Of a stretch of DNA of 52,615 nt, positions 8,906 to 19,132 are shown piece by piece. How positions within the stretch are numbered: position 1 is the stretch's first letter; each line of letters opens with the position of its first letter. The notes beneath the pieces are model-generated. The model was not told the origin of the DNA, made no database searches, and was given only the letters and a program-made list of their open reading frames with translations. A program made the position numbers and the translations under genes. This DNA comes from a virus (lineage: Duplodnaviria; Caudoviricetes): IMG/VR virus record IMGVR_UViG_3300025115_000016, positions 1-52,615 of that record; one strand, written 5' to 3'.

Positions 8906-9074
8906 ACAAACTCCATAGATTGTTATTGAGGACGGCGGTACGCTGACGAAAACTCTACCGTAAAGTTTTCATCAACCCTTTCTCAAAGGTCGCCCCGTAA
9001 ATCAAAGGGGGTGCCATTGAGATATAACTCCCGCATAAATTACAATATAATTTTGGAATTTTGTCGACAGGGTA

Positions 9075-9105
9075 TTGACAAGTCTTCAGAATTTGTTTAA
9101 TTTTG
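9075..9105 (+). promoter_or_regulatory. Host sigma-A type promoter upstream of the terminase genes
   Basis: TTGACA-N17-TAATTTTG. Confidence 0.75.
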
Positions 9106-9400
9106 CATCAGTCAGGATCGACTAATAGTGTAGCGAATCAAGGGTCCTATCCTGCTCGAGAGAGTTTAAGGTTGGCAGTCTGCCCATCTCGTATGGACAC
9201 GGGGTACGAGAGAGCCGCTCCGAGCGTTTGCTGGTTTCGTGAAAGCCAGTCATACTAGTAATAATACTTATCTTAATAAGTACACGGGTTAATACCATAA
9301 GTGTGCCTTTTCTTCTCAAACAAGTCACGTCGAATATATGTATAGTCTCCATAGGTAGATTTGAACCGCGGGTAAAGGACACTTCACCAAAGGGGAGAGA

Positions 9401-10213
9401 ATGGCTTCTTTCAAGACCAAGATGGGTTTGGAGATTGAATACTATGAGAGGGGGGAGTTCAAGGGGGTATATAAGTATTGGAAGCAGGCAAGGCCCGGGG
9501 ATCTGTGGCTGCTCTCGGACGACGGATATGTAGTGAAGGCAAGGCAGGTCAAGGAGCTCGTGGAGGTCAGAGGGAAGTCTTCAAGGACGAGGTACAGAGT
9601 CTGGTTCCAGATGGGAAAGAGATACACGCACGGCAGGAGCGTGTACAACTTCATGGAGCACGTTGCCAAGAAGGATACCATCGGATACTCTCCGAGGACA
9701 TGGTGGGAGGCTCTTGCAAGCGCAAACCCGCATCTGGTAAAGATGCTCGCAAGACTGGTTATCTCCAAGAGACTCAACATGAACAAGACCAGGAAGTACA
9801 GCCGGATGGAATACGGATACTTCGACAAAGTTGCTCTTGCGTTCTACGGGGAAGTGTCCGATCAGAAGAATTGGTACAAGATCAGGACGTTCTACAATCA
9901 CGAAGGAGTGCGTATGCTCATACAGGACGAGATCGACAAGATGCTCAAGGAGTTCGACATCACCGCTCAGAAGACTATGGAGCTGTATCAGAAGGCGGAG
10001 AGAGCGGCTGTCGCAAGCGGGAACGGAAAACTCATGCTCGCCGTCGCCCAGGAGTACAGAGACCTGCTCGGAATAAACTTGAGAAGGGCCGGAGCGCAGT
10101 CCAAGTCTCTGCCGCCCGGAACTTCGGACGCTCCGGATGAGAGACTGCTGGAAGCAATCAACAACGCTCCCGAAAGAAAGGAAATACAGGATGCCACCAT
10201 CGTCGAGTCTTAA
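9401..10213 (+). CDS. Putative terminase small subunit
   Basis: Directly upstream of and overlapping TerL; helical C-terminal half. Assignment by position. Confidence 0.5.
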   Translation: MASFKTKMGLEIEYYERGEFKGVYKYWKQARPGDLWLLSDDGYVVKARQVKELVEVRGKSSRTRYRVWFQMGKRYTHGRSVYNFMEHVAKKDTIGYSPRTWWEALASANPHLVKMLARLVISKRLNMNKTRKYSRMEYGYFDKVALAFYGEVSDQKNWYKIRTFYNHEGVRMLIQDEIDKMLKEFDITAQKTMELYQKAERAAVASGNGKLMLAVAQEYRDLLGINLRRAGAQSKSLPPGTSDAPDERLLEAINNAPERKEIQDATIVES

Positions 10214-11705
10214 AAAGGCTCTCTCTCGGCTCGCTTCAGACGTCGTTCTGTTCGGAAAGACAATTGCTCCTCATACCTTTGAATTCGACTCGCCGCCGAT
10301 ACACTACCAGATCACCGGACTGCTGCTCGACAAGACTCTGAAGCTTCTGAACATCATCGCTCCTCGCGGCATAGCCAAGACCACCCTTGCGACCATTTAT
10401 ATCCTTCATCATCTGTTCTTCGACGATCCGGGCAAGAAGAAGTTCGTCGTCATCATCTCCAAGACTCAGCCTCATGCCAAGAGCATCCTTGCTACCGTCA
10501 AGAACATCCTCGAGTACTCAAGGGGATTCCGCCAGCTCTTCGGCTATCACGGGGAACACAATGCAAAGACTTGGAGAGAAGACACCATTGTGCTCGATAC
10601 GGGAGACGGCATCGTCACCAGAGGTACGGGACAGCCTGTACGCGGACTGAACCTTCTGTCTCAGCGTCCGACGCTCATCATCATCGATGATCCGGAGGAC
10701 GAGAACAACACCAAGACCATCGAGATGATGGACAAGAACCTTACGTGGCTCTTGAACGGAGTCGTTCCTTCGGTCGATGCGATGCGCGGAAGAGTCATCT
10801 GCATCGGAACTCCGCTTCACGAGAAGTGCATCGTCTCCATGCTCTCGCAGATGAGGAACTGGACGACCTTCCACTACGGGAACGACATCGAAGCAGGCGT
10901 CGCCCTGTGGCCGGAAACAAGGTCGCTTGAGTGGCTCACGCTTGAACTCGAAGCAAAGCGCGACGTCGGACTTGAAAGACAGTACTATCAGGAGTACGAA
11001 TGTAAACTCATTCCGGGATCCGATGCGATGTTCAAGCCGGACTACATCCGCTACTACGACGAAGAGATGAAACTCGTCGGGGATCCGATGGAACGATACC
11101 TTGAATTCTCCGGAGTGAGGATTCCCGTCAACGTGTATATGGGGATCGATCCCGCTTCCCGCGTAGAGAAGAGCGCGGACTATTCGGTCATCATGCCCGT
11201 CGCGGTGGACAAAGACTTCAACATCTACGTCCTTCCGTACTTCCGCGCAAGAGTCACTCCGCTGGACCTCGCCAATGCGATCGAAGACTACTACAAGACG
11301 TACATGCCGGCTCTGACACTCATCGAGTCGACAGGGTATCAGGAGATGCTCCGCCAGTACATGCGCACGAAGATGTTCATTCCCGGTCTTGAGATCAAAG
11401 AGAATCCCAGGGACAAGAAGTCCGTCAGGCTTGAGATGCTTCAGCCGTTCTTCGCTCAGGGAAAAGTCTTCATCTCCAAGAGGATGGAAGACCTGCGAAT
11501 GGAACTCATTATGTATCCGAAGTCAAAACACGACGACCTTCTCGACGCACTGTTCTATGCGGTCAAGAGGGCCAGGGCGGCGGCTCACGTGGTCTATGAA
11601 CAGCCGGAGCAACTGCCTGAACATCATCAGGTCCTGATCGAGTACTACAAACAGGAAGAACCCCTGGACGACTTCTTTGCAGCCGACGACGAGGATTTCA
11701 TTTGA
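10191..11705 (+). CDS. terL: Terminase large subunit
   Basis: Walker A APRGIAKT, Walker B LIIIDDPE, coupling motif IGTP, nuclease motifs GIDPA...DYS...HDDLLDA. Likely start ATG 10191. Confidence 0.95.
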   Translation: MPPSSSLKKALSRLASDVVLFGKTIAPHTFEFDSPPIHYQITGLLLDKTLKLLNIIAPRGIAKTTLATIYILHHLFFDDPGKKKFVVIISKTQPHAKSILATVKNILEYSRGFRQLFGYHGEHNAKTWREDTIVLDTGDGIVTRGTGQPVRGLNLLSQRPTLIIIDDPEDENNTKTIEMMDKNLTWLLNGVVPSVDAMRGRVICIGTPLHEKCIVSMLSQMRNWTTFHYGNDIEAGVALWPETRSLEWLTLELEAKRDVGLERQYYQEYECKLIPGSDAMFKPDYIRYYDEEMKLVGDPMERYLEFSGVRIPVNVYMGIDPASRVEKSADYSVIMPVAVDKDFNIYVLPYFRARVTPLDLANAIEDYYKTYMPALTLIESTGYQEMLRQYMRTKMFIPGLEIKENPRDKKSVRLEMLQPFFAQGKVFISKRMEDLRMELIMYPKSKHDDLLDALFYAVKRARAAAHVVYEQPEQLPEHHQVLIEYYKQEEPLDDFFAADDEDFI

Positions 11706-11732
11706 CACAATCAAACTAATCGCGTATCTTTG
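11702..11732 (+). promoter_or_regulatory. Host sigma-A type promoter
   Basis: TTGACA-N17-TATCTTTG; the -35 overlaps the terL stop codon. Confidence 0.75.
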
Positions 11733-11746
11733 CGAAAGGTGAACTT

Positions 11747-12304
11747 ATGGAAATAGGCATATTCGACTTCGAAACGTCCGGCTTCTACGCCGACAATTCA
11801 ATCATCTTATGCTGTTCCTCCAAAGCATACAAACTGCCGACGATCACCACAATTCGCGCAGACAGATACAAAACGTGGAAGACCAATAAGACCAACGAGA
11901 AACTTGTCGTGGAAGCGATCTCGAAGGAACTCGACAAGTACGACATCCTCATCGCGCACAACGGACAGTGGTTCGACAAGGGCTTCTTCAATGCGAAGTG
12001 CCTTGAGTACGGAGTCAAGCCCGTTCTGAGATGGAAGAAACTCATCGATCCTGTTCTCATCGCACGAAGGCACATGAGGCTCGGAAGGAACTCGCTCACG
12101 GCGATCATCGACTACCTTCAAGTGCCGACTCACAAGACACCCATCGAACTCAACGAGTGGCGAAAAGCCAGCCACAACTCGGATATAAAAAGTATGAACA
12201 AGATCGTTCTGCATTGCGAGAAGGACATCATTGCGCTGGAAGAAGTCTATGCAAAGATGCGCCTGCTTGTTGACAGAATCGACAATCAAGGGAGCAGCCG
12301 ATGA
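11747..12304 (+). CDS. RNase H-fold DnaQ-like 3'-5' exonuclease (RNase_H_2/YprB-like)
   Basis: ExoI FDFET, ExoII HNGQWFD, ExoIII HCEKD. Confidence 0.85.
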   Translation: MEIGIFDFETSGFYADNSIILCCSSKAYKLPTITTIRADRYKTWKTNKTNEKLVVEAISKELDKYDILIAHNGQWFDKGFFNAKCLEYGVKPVLRWKKLIDPVLIARRHMRLGRNSLTAIIDYLQVPTHKTPIELNEWRKASHNSDIKSMNKIVLHCEKDIIALEEVYAKMRLLVDRIDNQGSSR

Positions 12305-12540
12305 GTATCGCAAATCTTATTAGGAAGCAAACAGAAATTGGATTATATTCTGGCAAGGATGCCGAGACAATACGGGACATCTCCGAGCAACTCGGATACA
12401 GCCTCCAGCGCACCAGAGAAGTCGTCAACACCTTCGTTCATAACGGAGTGCTCGAGAGAGTGTACATCAGGGTTCCCGGTTGCAGAGTTCCGGTACCTGC
12501 ATACATCAAAGTGAAGAAACCTAAACGAGGTAAAAAATGA
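12301..12540 (+). CDS. Small HTH DNA-binding protein
   Basis: TIRDISEQLGYSLQRTREVV; basic tail. Confidence 0.6.
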   Translation: MSIANLIRKQTEIGLYSGKDAETIRDISEQLGYSLQRTREVVNTFVHNGVLERVYIRVPGCRVPVPAYIKVKKPKRGKK

Positions 12541-14783
12541 GTATCACCGAGCAATCATACGATGTCTTCGGACACTCTCCGACAGAGAGCGCTCCGCAGT
12601 CCGAACCTCAAGAGCAGGACACCTCTCCGCAGAACGAGGCTCTGTACTCCAAGAAACTTCTCGAAAGCGCAAAGAGCACGCAGCAGGAGTGGCGCAATCA
12701 AATGGTCGAAGACCAGGACTTCTACGACGCGGCCCAGACGTCGCAGAAGGAAAAGGAAGTCGATACAAAGCGCCGGCAGAAGACCTACAACGTGGACATC
12801 ATCTACGAGGTGGTTGAACAGGCGATCAGTTTGCTCACCGCAAACAGACCGAAGTTCACCGCCACCGGAACCGAAGACAGCGACACCAAGATCGCTCAGG
12901 TGCACTCGTTCATCATGCAGCACGTGTGGAAGCGTTCCAAGGCGACCATGAAACTCAAGCAGTCCATCAGAGAGTACTATGTGAAGTCGGTGGGCTGGCT
13001 TCATCTGTACTGGGACGAACTTGCCTGCTATTCGAAGGGAGACTTTACGATCGATTCTCTTCCTCCGGAAAGAGTGTTCGTCATCGGAGAAGGAGAGATG
13101 GACTTCTTCTTCCTCAACGCTCCGCACATGATCATACAGTCCTTCCTGTCAACCGAACAACTTCAGATCGAGTACGGGTACGACCTCGAGCAGATCGCAT
13201 CGTTCCAGCAAAGCCAGAGAGACATCGATACGTCCACGCGTTCGAGCGAGATCAGCTCCGCTTCGTCCGACAATCAGTATTCGACCGAACCCGTCTATGA
13301 ACGGCTTGACCGCTATTCAAGGGTGAAGTCTCAGGTCCTGTTTCTTGAGAAGGAAGACGAACGCTACGAGCAGGTGCTCGACATCGAATATGCGATGGAG
13401 CGCATGCGTTCAACGACGACCATTGTGTCCCGCCGCGGAAACATCACGACGCATTTTGCGCATCCAAGGAACGTCAACTCGGTCGGCAATCTCCTCCGGC
13501 AATTCGGGAGCGTCTTCCATGAGATCATCGATCCGGACGGTCAAACACAGATCGTCTCGGGTGTGGAAGGTCAGATCACCTATCCGGAAGGCGTTCAGTT
13601 CGTGGAAGGCTCAACGACATATCTTGAGCTGTCAACTCTCTACGACTTCGTAAAGAAGGGAAGGGTCTCCGTCCGCAAGGTGTGGGCAGACAGAATCAAG
13701 CACGTTGCATCGATCGAAAACCAGGTGCTGTTCGAAAAGATCGTTCCGACCAACAACTTCCCGCTGGTACCGATCATCAACAACTTCAACAGGAAGATTC
13801 AGTCCATTTCCGACGTACGCCGCGTCAAGCGGGAACAGGAATTCATCAATTCGATCAGAAGGATCGTCGTCAGCCATGCGGCCCGTACGACAAACTACAA
13901 GATCGCATATCCGGGCGGACGGTACAATCAGAAGCAGCTCGCAGAGATATGGGGAAGCAGCACCGATCCGTTCATTCCGTACGATCAGGAAGTGGGGACA
14001 AGCGGTCTTCAGGTAATCGCTCCTCCTCCGCTTCCAAACCATCTCTATACGCTCGAACAGCAGGCGCGTCAGAACATCCGCGAACGGCTTGGCATCTTCC
14101 AGATGATGCAGGGTTCTCCGCAGGACTCTCCCAATACGTACAAAGGTACGGTTGCATTGGACGAATACGGACAGCGCAGGATCCGTTCGAAGAGAGAGGA
14201 CATCGAAGAGGCCATCAATCAACTTGGTGCCGTTCTCGAAGATCTTCTGCCGTACTACTACACCGATACGAGAGTATTGGACATCGTGGGACCAAACGAC
14301 AAGCCGCTCTCGATTACTCTCAGGAACGACTCGTCCTTCACGAACCTGTACGAAGGAAACGAGTACAGAATTCAGGACATCACCGTTTCCAAGTACGACA
14401 TTCAGATCGTCTCCGGTTCGACGCTCCCCTCAAACAGATGGGCGCTTCTGGATTCATACATGGCTCTCTACGAAAAGGGCATCATCGACCAGGAAGAAGT
14501 CCTTCGCAAGACCGAGGTTGCGGATACCGAGAAGGTGCTCGAAAGGACGTCTCTGATCAACCGTCTTCAGAGTATGCTTGCCGAAGCACAAGAGAAGATC
14601 AAAATGCTCTCCGGCGACATGCAGACCGCTCAGCGCGAAGTCATCAGCGCACGGCGCGACACAGAGGTTGAACGCATGAAGATCGGACTCAAGGAGCAGG
14701 AGATCAAGGCAACGGCCGCAAGGATGGTCTACGAGAAGAACCTTGAGGTACTCAAACAATTGCAAACAGTGAAAGGAAAATGA
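12537..14783 (+). CDS. Portal protein (podovirus type)
   Basis: 748 aa between terL and scaffold/capsid; DQDFY...GWL, FPLVP, and a C-terminal coiled coil as in P22-like portals. Confidence 0.85.
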   Translation: MSITEQSYDVFGHSPTESAPQSEPQEQDTSPQNEALYSKKLLESAKSTQQEWRNQMVEDQDFYDAAQTSQKEKEVDTKRRQKTYNVDIIYEVVEQAISLLTANRPKFTATGTEDSDTKIAQVHSFIMQHVWKRSKATMKLKQSIREYYVKSVGWLHLYWDELACYSKGDFTIDSLPPERVFVIGEGEMDFFFLNAPHMIIQSFLSTEQLQIEYGYDLEQIASFQQSQRDIDTSTRSSEISSASSDNQYSTEPVYERLDRYSRVKSQVLFLEKEDERYEQVLDIEYAMERMRSTTTIVSRRGNITTHFAHPRNVNSVGNLLRQFGSVFHEIIDPDGQTQIVSGVEGQITYPEGVQFVEGSTTYLELSTLYDFVKKGRVSVRKVWADRIKHVASIENQVLFEKIVPTNNFPLVPIINNFNRKIQSISDVRRVKREQEFINSIRRIVVSHAARTTNYKIAYPGGRYNQKQLAEIWGSSTDPFIPYDQEVGTSGLQVIAPPPLPNHLYTLEQQARQNIRERLGIFQMMQGSPQDSPNTYKGTVALDEYGQRRIRSKREDIEEAINQLGAVLEDLLPYYYTDTRVLDIVGPNDKPLSITLRNDSSFTNLYEGNEYRIQDITVSKYDIQIVSGSTLPSNRWALLDSYMALYEKGIIDQEEVLRKTEVADTEKVLERTSLINRLQSMLAEAQEKIKMLSGDMQTAQREVISARRDTEVERMKIGLKEQEIKATAARMVYEKNLEVLKQLQTVKGK

Positions 14784-15379
14784 TCATGGACTTCCTGAAA
14801 GAAGCGGTGCAGGCGCGAAGCGATGAACTTGGATTCCAATACGTCCCGTCCCAATCGGAGATCATGGAGTCCATACAAGCCGACAGCAACCGGCGATTCA
14901 GCGAACCGACTCTGTTCGAAGAAGCGACCGGAGGCAGTACGCAAAGCGAAACCCAAGAGAGATTTCCCGAAGAGGGATTCTCCAGTGTGCCGCAGGCACG
15001 CATCGAGATATTAGGTAAGCAGTTCCTCTCCGCAAAGAAGCAGGACAGAAGGGCTCTGTTCAACGAGGCGTTCAAAGAAGCGCGAAGAGCGGGGATGCAG
15101 GAGTTCTCGTTTGCAGGCAGGCGCTATACAACCGAACTTGCCGTGCCGGCCCCTAAGCCGAAGATCATTCCTGTTCCAATCCCGGTCGAGGACGCTCGCG
15201 GGAAAGCCCAAATGACGGATGCCACAAAGGCAGAGTTCGATCGGTTCCACGGACTCGGAATGACTCCACCGAAAGAAGTTAATCTTCGCCAAAATAATTC
15301 CAGATTGGAATATGGGGTGAACAAAGAGCAGGTTGGCAGGATGCTTCAGGGATTATTCGGAACTAAACTATGGTATTGA
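14780..15379 (+). CDS. Hypothetical, possibly virion-associated protein
   Basis: Contains FNEAFKEARRAGMQEFSFAGRRYTT, a short module of a type recurrent in phage proteins. Confidence 0.65.
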   Translation: MIMDFLKEAVQARSDELGFQYVPSQSEIMESIQADSNRRFSEPTLFEEATGGSTQSETQERFPEEGFSSVPQARIEILGKQFLSAKKQDRRALFNEAFKEARRAGMQEFSFAGRRYTTELAVPAPKPKIIPVPIPVEDARGKAQMTDATKAEFDRFHGLGMTPPKEVNLRQNNSRLEYGVNKEQVGRMLQGLFGTKLWY

Positions 15380-15407
15380 CTTTGCTTCACTAAATCACTT
15401 ATATTTG
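15376..15407 (+). promoter_or_regulatory. Host sigma-A type promoter for scaffold/capsid
   Basis: TTGACT-N18-TATATTTG; the -35 overlaps the upstream stop codon. Confidence 0.75.
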
Positions 15408-15438
15408 TACCGTACTATATACAGAAAGGATACTCACA

Positions 15439-16296
15439 ATGAGTACCAATGCAAACAGAGCAGGCGTTGCTGATCCGACATATCCAGGGACTGTGTTGGA
15501 CCCAAACGATGTTCATGACGCAGCAGATGAACCGGGACAAGATGTGCTGTCTCAATTCGGCGAACAGATCACTCCTCCGGCGAAGCCCGCCGCAAAGCCG
15601 AATGCTGAGCAAGACATCGATGTTGATGAACACGGTGTTCCTGTCGATCCCAAACTTCGGGGACGATATGAATATCATCAATCCCGCGCAGGCAAGGCGG
15701 AAGCCCGGATCAAAGAACTCGAAGAACAACTCAGCGGAGTTAAACCTATTCTGCCCCTGATCGAAGCAATGAGGCGAGACGAATCGTTGCTGCGAGATGT
15801 ACAAACTCGTCTTACGGGTACTAAGCCGTTGGAAGCGCCACAGAGGCCGGACAATTACAGCGAGGCCGAAGCGTACTCCAATCCTGAGTCCACATCCTTC
15901 AAGTATCGCGTCGAGTACGACAAGTACCGCGATGCAAAGATCGCGCAGGTCGAAAATGCTCTTGCGAAGCGTGCCGAAGCAGATCGCCAGCAGTACGAAA
16001 TGGCGAGACAGCAGCAGGCCGAACAGCAGAGGCTCCTTGAATTCCAGAATGAGATGGTCAAACTCGGACTGCCTCAGGAAGAGTTCAATGAGTTCTTCAC
16101 GACCATCGACAAAGCGTCGCCTGAAGAGATGTTAGAGTTCTACAATCTCAAAAAATCAAGGGCCAGTTCACGATCACAGACTCCGAGATTTAACGGCCGT
16201 CCCGGACAAGGCAGCGCTCCCAGGAGACCTGTCGCGTACGACGAGGATCCGAATGTCTTCGGAGACCAGCTTGTGAATCTGGCTAAACTCCTCTAA
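15439..16296 (+). CDS. Capsid scaffolding protein
   Basis: Acidic, disordered N-terminus and coiled coils; directly upstream of the capsid gene. Confidence 0.7.
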   Translation: MSTNANRAGVADPTYPGTVLDPNDVHDAADEPGQDVLSQFGEQITPPAKPAAKPNAEQDIDVDEHGVPVDPKLRGRYEYHQSRAGKAEARIKELEEQLSGVKPILPLIEAMRRDESLLRDVQTRLTGTKPLEAPQRPDNYSEAEAYSNPESTSFKYRVEYDKYRDAKIAQVENALAKRAEADRQQYEMARQQQAEQQRLLEFQNEMVKLGLPQEEFNEFFTTIDKASPEEMLEFYNLKKSRASSRSQTPRFNGRPGQGSAPRRPVAYDEDPNVFGDQLVNLAKLL

Positions 16297-16313
16297 CAGA
16301 AAGGGTATAAGTT

Positions 16314-17699
16314 ATGGCAACCATCACCGAACCTCGGACCCTGAGCAGAGGGCTTGACGATTCCACCGGCTTATCCGGGATTCTATTCACAGATCAGCGG
16401 CAATTCTACGTCAACCCTTTTCAGTATTCCGAACTCTGGCAATCAGCCACACCTTTCATCTCGGCAATGATCGAGCGGGCAAAGGTCATCACAAACCTTC
16501 CCGATCCGCTCTTCAAAATGTTCGAGCATGAAAATCCGTGGCGCAAACAGGAACTTGTCGTCGGAACAGGCGGCACGATTCCTAATGACGACACCGGTCT
16601 TGTCAATACGATCATCTTCGCATCGGCAACCGGACTGTTCTCAACCCAACACGTTTCCCTGAAGAACCTCATGTTCGAAGTATGGGATGCGACCAAGACG
16701 ACCAAGCGCGGCGTCGCTCTCTGTACGGGAGTCGGCTCAACCACAACGATGAACTTCAAGTCGATGAAAGCAGCGACCATCGCAGTGGAAACAGGCGACA
16801 TCTTCGTATGCATCGGCAGCGCGTATGGAACCGGCTCGGAAGCAGGCGAAGCGTGGGCGGACGATCTGAAGGTCGTATGGGGTTCCACGGGCATCCATCG
16901 TACTCCGGTGGAGATCGAAGGAACGCTTCTGGAAGCATCGCTTCGCGGTGCGAACAAGGAGCTTTCCCGTCTGCGTCTTCAGAAGTTGTACGAACACAAG
17001 ATCAACGAAAACCGGCGCCTCATGCGTTCGGTCAACCTGATCGGAACGAACCTGAAGAACAACGAATCGTTCACGGATAAAACCCGTACGGGCGCAACGA
17101 ACGGTTTGGGCGGGACATTCACACCGGCCAACCGCGTACGTACCCCTTACGGTCTGATACCGATGATCGAAGACTACGGGTCTGAAAGCGAAGACGACGA
17201 CACGCAAAATGTGTTCAATCGGAGCGGCGGACTTCAGTGGAATCAGTTCGTTGACGACGCCGAGAAGGTCATGCAGTACCAGAACTACGACGGTATGCGC
17301 GACTTCTTCGTCGGTCCGAAAGCAATGTCCTACTTCTCGAAGATCGATACTCAGGCGACCAACACCCGTCTGAAACTCGGCTTCGACATCAAGATGTCGG
17401 AAATGAGAAACAGCAAGCCCAACAGCCAGGGCTACAACTTCCGGTATCTCGAAACTCCGTTCGGCATCTGGCGCTTGATCCTCGATCCTTCGATGAAGTT
17501 CGAGTACAGCAACTACATGGTTTCTCCCACGTGGAACAACCTGTACTATGCTGTCTATCGCAGCTTCGTCTGGAAGACCGCCATCAAGGACAGCAAGTTC
17601 AATGGCTACGATGGAGTTAAGGACGAATATTTCAACGACACCGGTGTCGGTGCGACTCTCATCAAGTCACACTGCATCTACAAAGTGCCTACGGCATAA
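16314..17699 (+). CDS. Major capsid protein (HK97 fold)
   Basis: 461 aa after the scaffold; TPFISAM, FKMFEHE, TGIHRTPVEIEGT, HKINENRRLM, ETPFG; strongly biased codons. Confidence 0.85.
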   Translation: MATITEPRTLSRGLDDSTGLSGILFTDQRQFYVNPFQYSELWQSATPFISAMIERAKVITNLPDPLFKMFEHENPWRKQELVVGTGGTIPNDDTGLVNTIIFASATGLFSTQHVSLKNLMFEVWDATKTTKRGVALCTGVGSTTTMNFKSMKAATIAVETGDIFVCIGSAYGTGSEAGEAWADDLKVVWGSTGIHRTPVEIEGTLLEASLRGANKELSRLRLQKLYEHKINENRRLMRSVNLIGTNLKNNESFTDKTRTGATNGLGGTFTPANRVRTPYGLIPMIEDYGSESEDDDTQNVFNRSGGLQWNQFVDDAEKVMQYQNYDGMRDFFVGPKAMSYFSKIDTQATNTRLKLGFDIKMSEMRNSKPNSQGYNFRYLETPFGIWRLILDPSMKFEYSNYMVSPTWNNLYYAVYRSFVWKTAIKDSKFNGYDGVKDEYFNDTGVGATLIKSHCIYKVPTA

Positions 17700-17716
17700 G
17701 AAAGGAAAACACCACT

Positions 17717-18271
17717 ATGAAGAAGCTATTAACAGTAATCCTTCTTGTGCTTGTTGCGTTCTCTTTCGCACAGGCACAGAAACCTTGGGTTGAAGGGAAC
17801 ATCGTCGGCGTCAAAGCATTCATGACCGGAAAGGTCTCGCTTGCTCTGGCCGACACCGCGACCTGCGACACGACCAAGGGAACAAGCGCCATCAACAGCG
17901 CCACGCTCTCCGGAGCAGCGATCAACCGAAAGAACATCCTCGTCGGATGGCAGGTGGTTGATACTGCAATCGCCGGAACGACAACGACCAATCCTACCGC
18001 ACGCATCGACGTTCAGGCGTCGTTCAACGGTACGTACTGGTTTCCTGTCAAAGACAGCGCAGTGACGAGCAAGGCGTTCAACAGCAAGGCCGCAACAGGG
18101 ATCCGCGGAGGCGGGTTCTTGACAGAGGTCGATGCAACGAGCTGGCAGTATCCGTACTACCGGCTGGTGCTGACGCCCACAAACGGCACTCTTGGAACTC
18201 AATCGACCGGCATCACTTCCGCCATTTGGAAGGTCGGACGGTTCCGTTTCGTAGTTGTACCGAAGTTCTAA
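17717..18271 (+). CDS. Signal-peptide-bearing beta-rich protein at the capsid-decoration position
   Basis: MKKLLTVILLVLVAFSFAQA|Q; VQASFNGTYWF...YPYYRLV resembles small jelly-roll-type phage accessory proteins. Lies between the capsid gene and its terminator. Confidence 0.75.
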   Translation: MKKLLTVILLVLVAFSFAQAQKPWVEGNIVGVKAFMTGKVSLALADTATCDTTKGTSAINSATLSGAAINRKNILVGWQVVDTAIAGTTTTNPTARIDVQASFNGTYWFPVKDSAVTSKAFNSKAATGIRGGGFLTEVDATSWQYPYYRLVLTPTNGTLGTQSTGITSAIWKVGRFRFVVVPKF

Positions 18272-18305
18272 GGGGGTGGGGAGGGTAACCTCCCCCTTCT
18301 CTCTA
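18272..18305 (+). terminator. Hairpin terminator after the capsid unit
   Basis: GGGAGG-GTAA-CCTCCC followed by a pyrimidine run. Confidence 0.6.
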
Positions 18306-18325
18306 CCTAAACAAACGAGGTTCCT

Positions 18326-19132
18326 ATGGCAGAAGTTATGTGGAGAACGCACGTTGAATCGCTTATTCAAACGGACCTTTCCCCCTTGAACGATCAGGCA
18401 AGCCTGTGGCTGAATCAATCCGCGCGTAAACTCCTGAACGTGGCACGCATCGACGATCCTGAACTCAAGCCGACAAAGAATACCGATAGTGGGACCGGAG
18501 TATCCATTGCGTACGACAACCGGGTTCTGTTTGCGGAAAAGAACGGACGCAGATGTTTGGTCGCACCGCAGGCAGACTATGGGAAATATGCCGATACAAA
18601 CAGCCTGATGCAGGCTCACGCATACACACCCGTTCTCGTCGTCAAGGACGACGGCAAGGCGTATGTATTGCCGTTGGGCGGCAACGTCTATACGATCAGC
18701 GCAGCAGCATACGACGACATTACCGATACAAACAATGCAGGGCTGTGGGGATCGTCCTCTCTTGGCAATCTTGCTATTATCGACGCCGCATTGCAGGCAA
18801 TGGGATACCTTATTGGAGTGCTTGAGGCAGACAGCCTCGACACCCAGTACGGCGCCCTGGACAGCGAGTACGCATCCTTATTAACGCAATATACCGCTCT
18901 GGCAACCGACCTCGACACCCAGGAAGACGTTGAACTTGCAACAGCCAAACTTAACGAGATCGGAACGAGACTTCAGGAAATGAAGGTCCGGCTGGATGCG
19001 CGTCTTGCCGACATCAAGAGCCGCATGGAGCTCTCAGGAATGAGCGTCGCCGGATACAAGGAGAAACTCGGAATGCTCAAACTGCGCTTCGACGAAGAAC
19101 TCAAACTTTATCTTATGAGGTCAATACAATGA
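18326..19132 (+). CDS. Putative head-tail adaptor / ring protein
   Basis: Position; N-terminal helix pair, beta core and C-terminal coiled coil. Confidence 0.55.
   Translation: MAEVMWRTHVESLIQTDLSPLNDQASLWLNQSARKLLNVARIDDPELKPTKNTDSGTGVSIAYDNRVLFAEKNGRRCLVAPQADYGKYADTNSLMQAHAYTPVLVVKDDGKAYVLPLGGNVYTISAAAYDDITDTNNAGLWGSSSLGNLAIIDAALQAMGYLIGVLEADSLDTQYGALDSEYASLLTQYTALATDLDTQEDVELATAKLNEIGTRLQEMKVRLDARLADIKSRMELSGMSVAGYKEKLGMLKLRFDEELKLYLMRSIQ

Noticed and set aside
8940-8975. Hammerhead ribozyme (CTGACGA followed by a stem)
   Set aside because: The required GAAA after stem II is absent on both strands.
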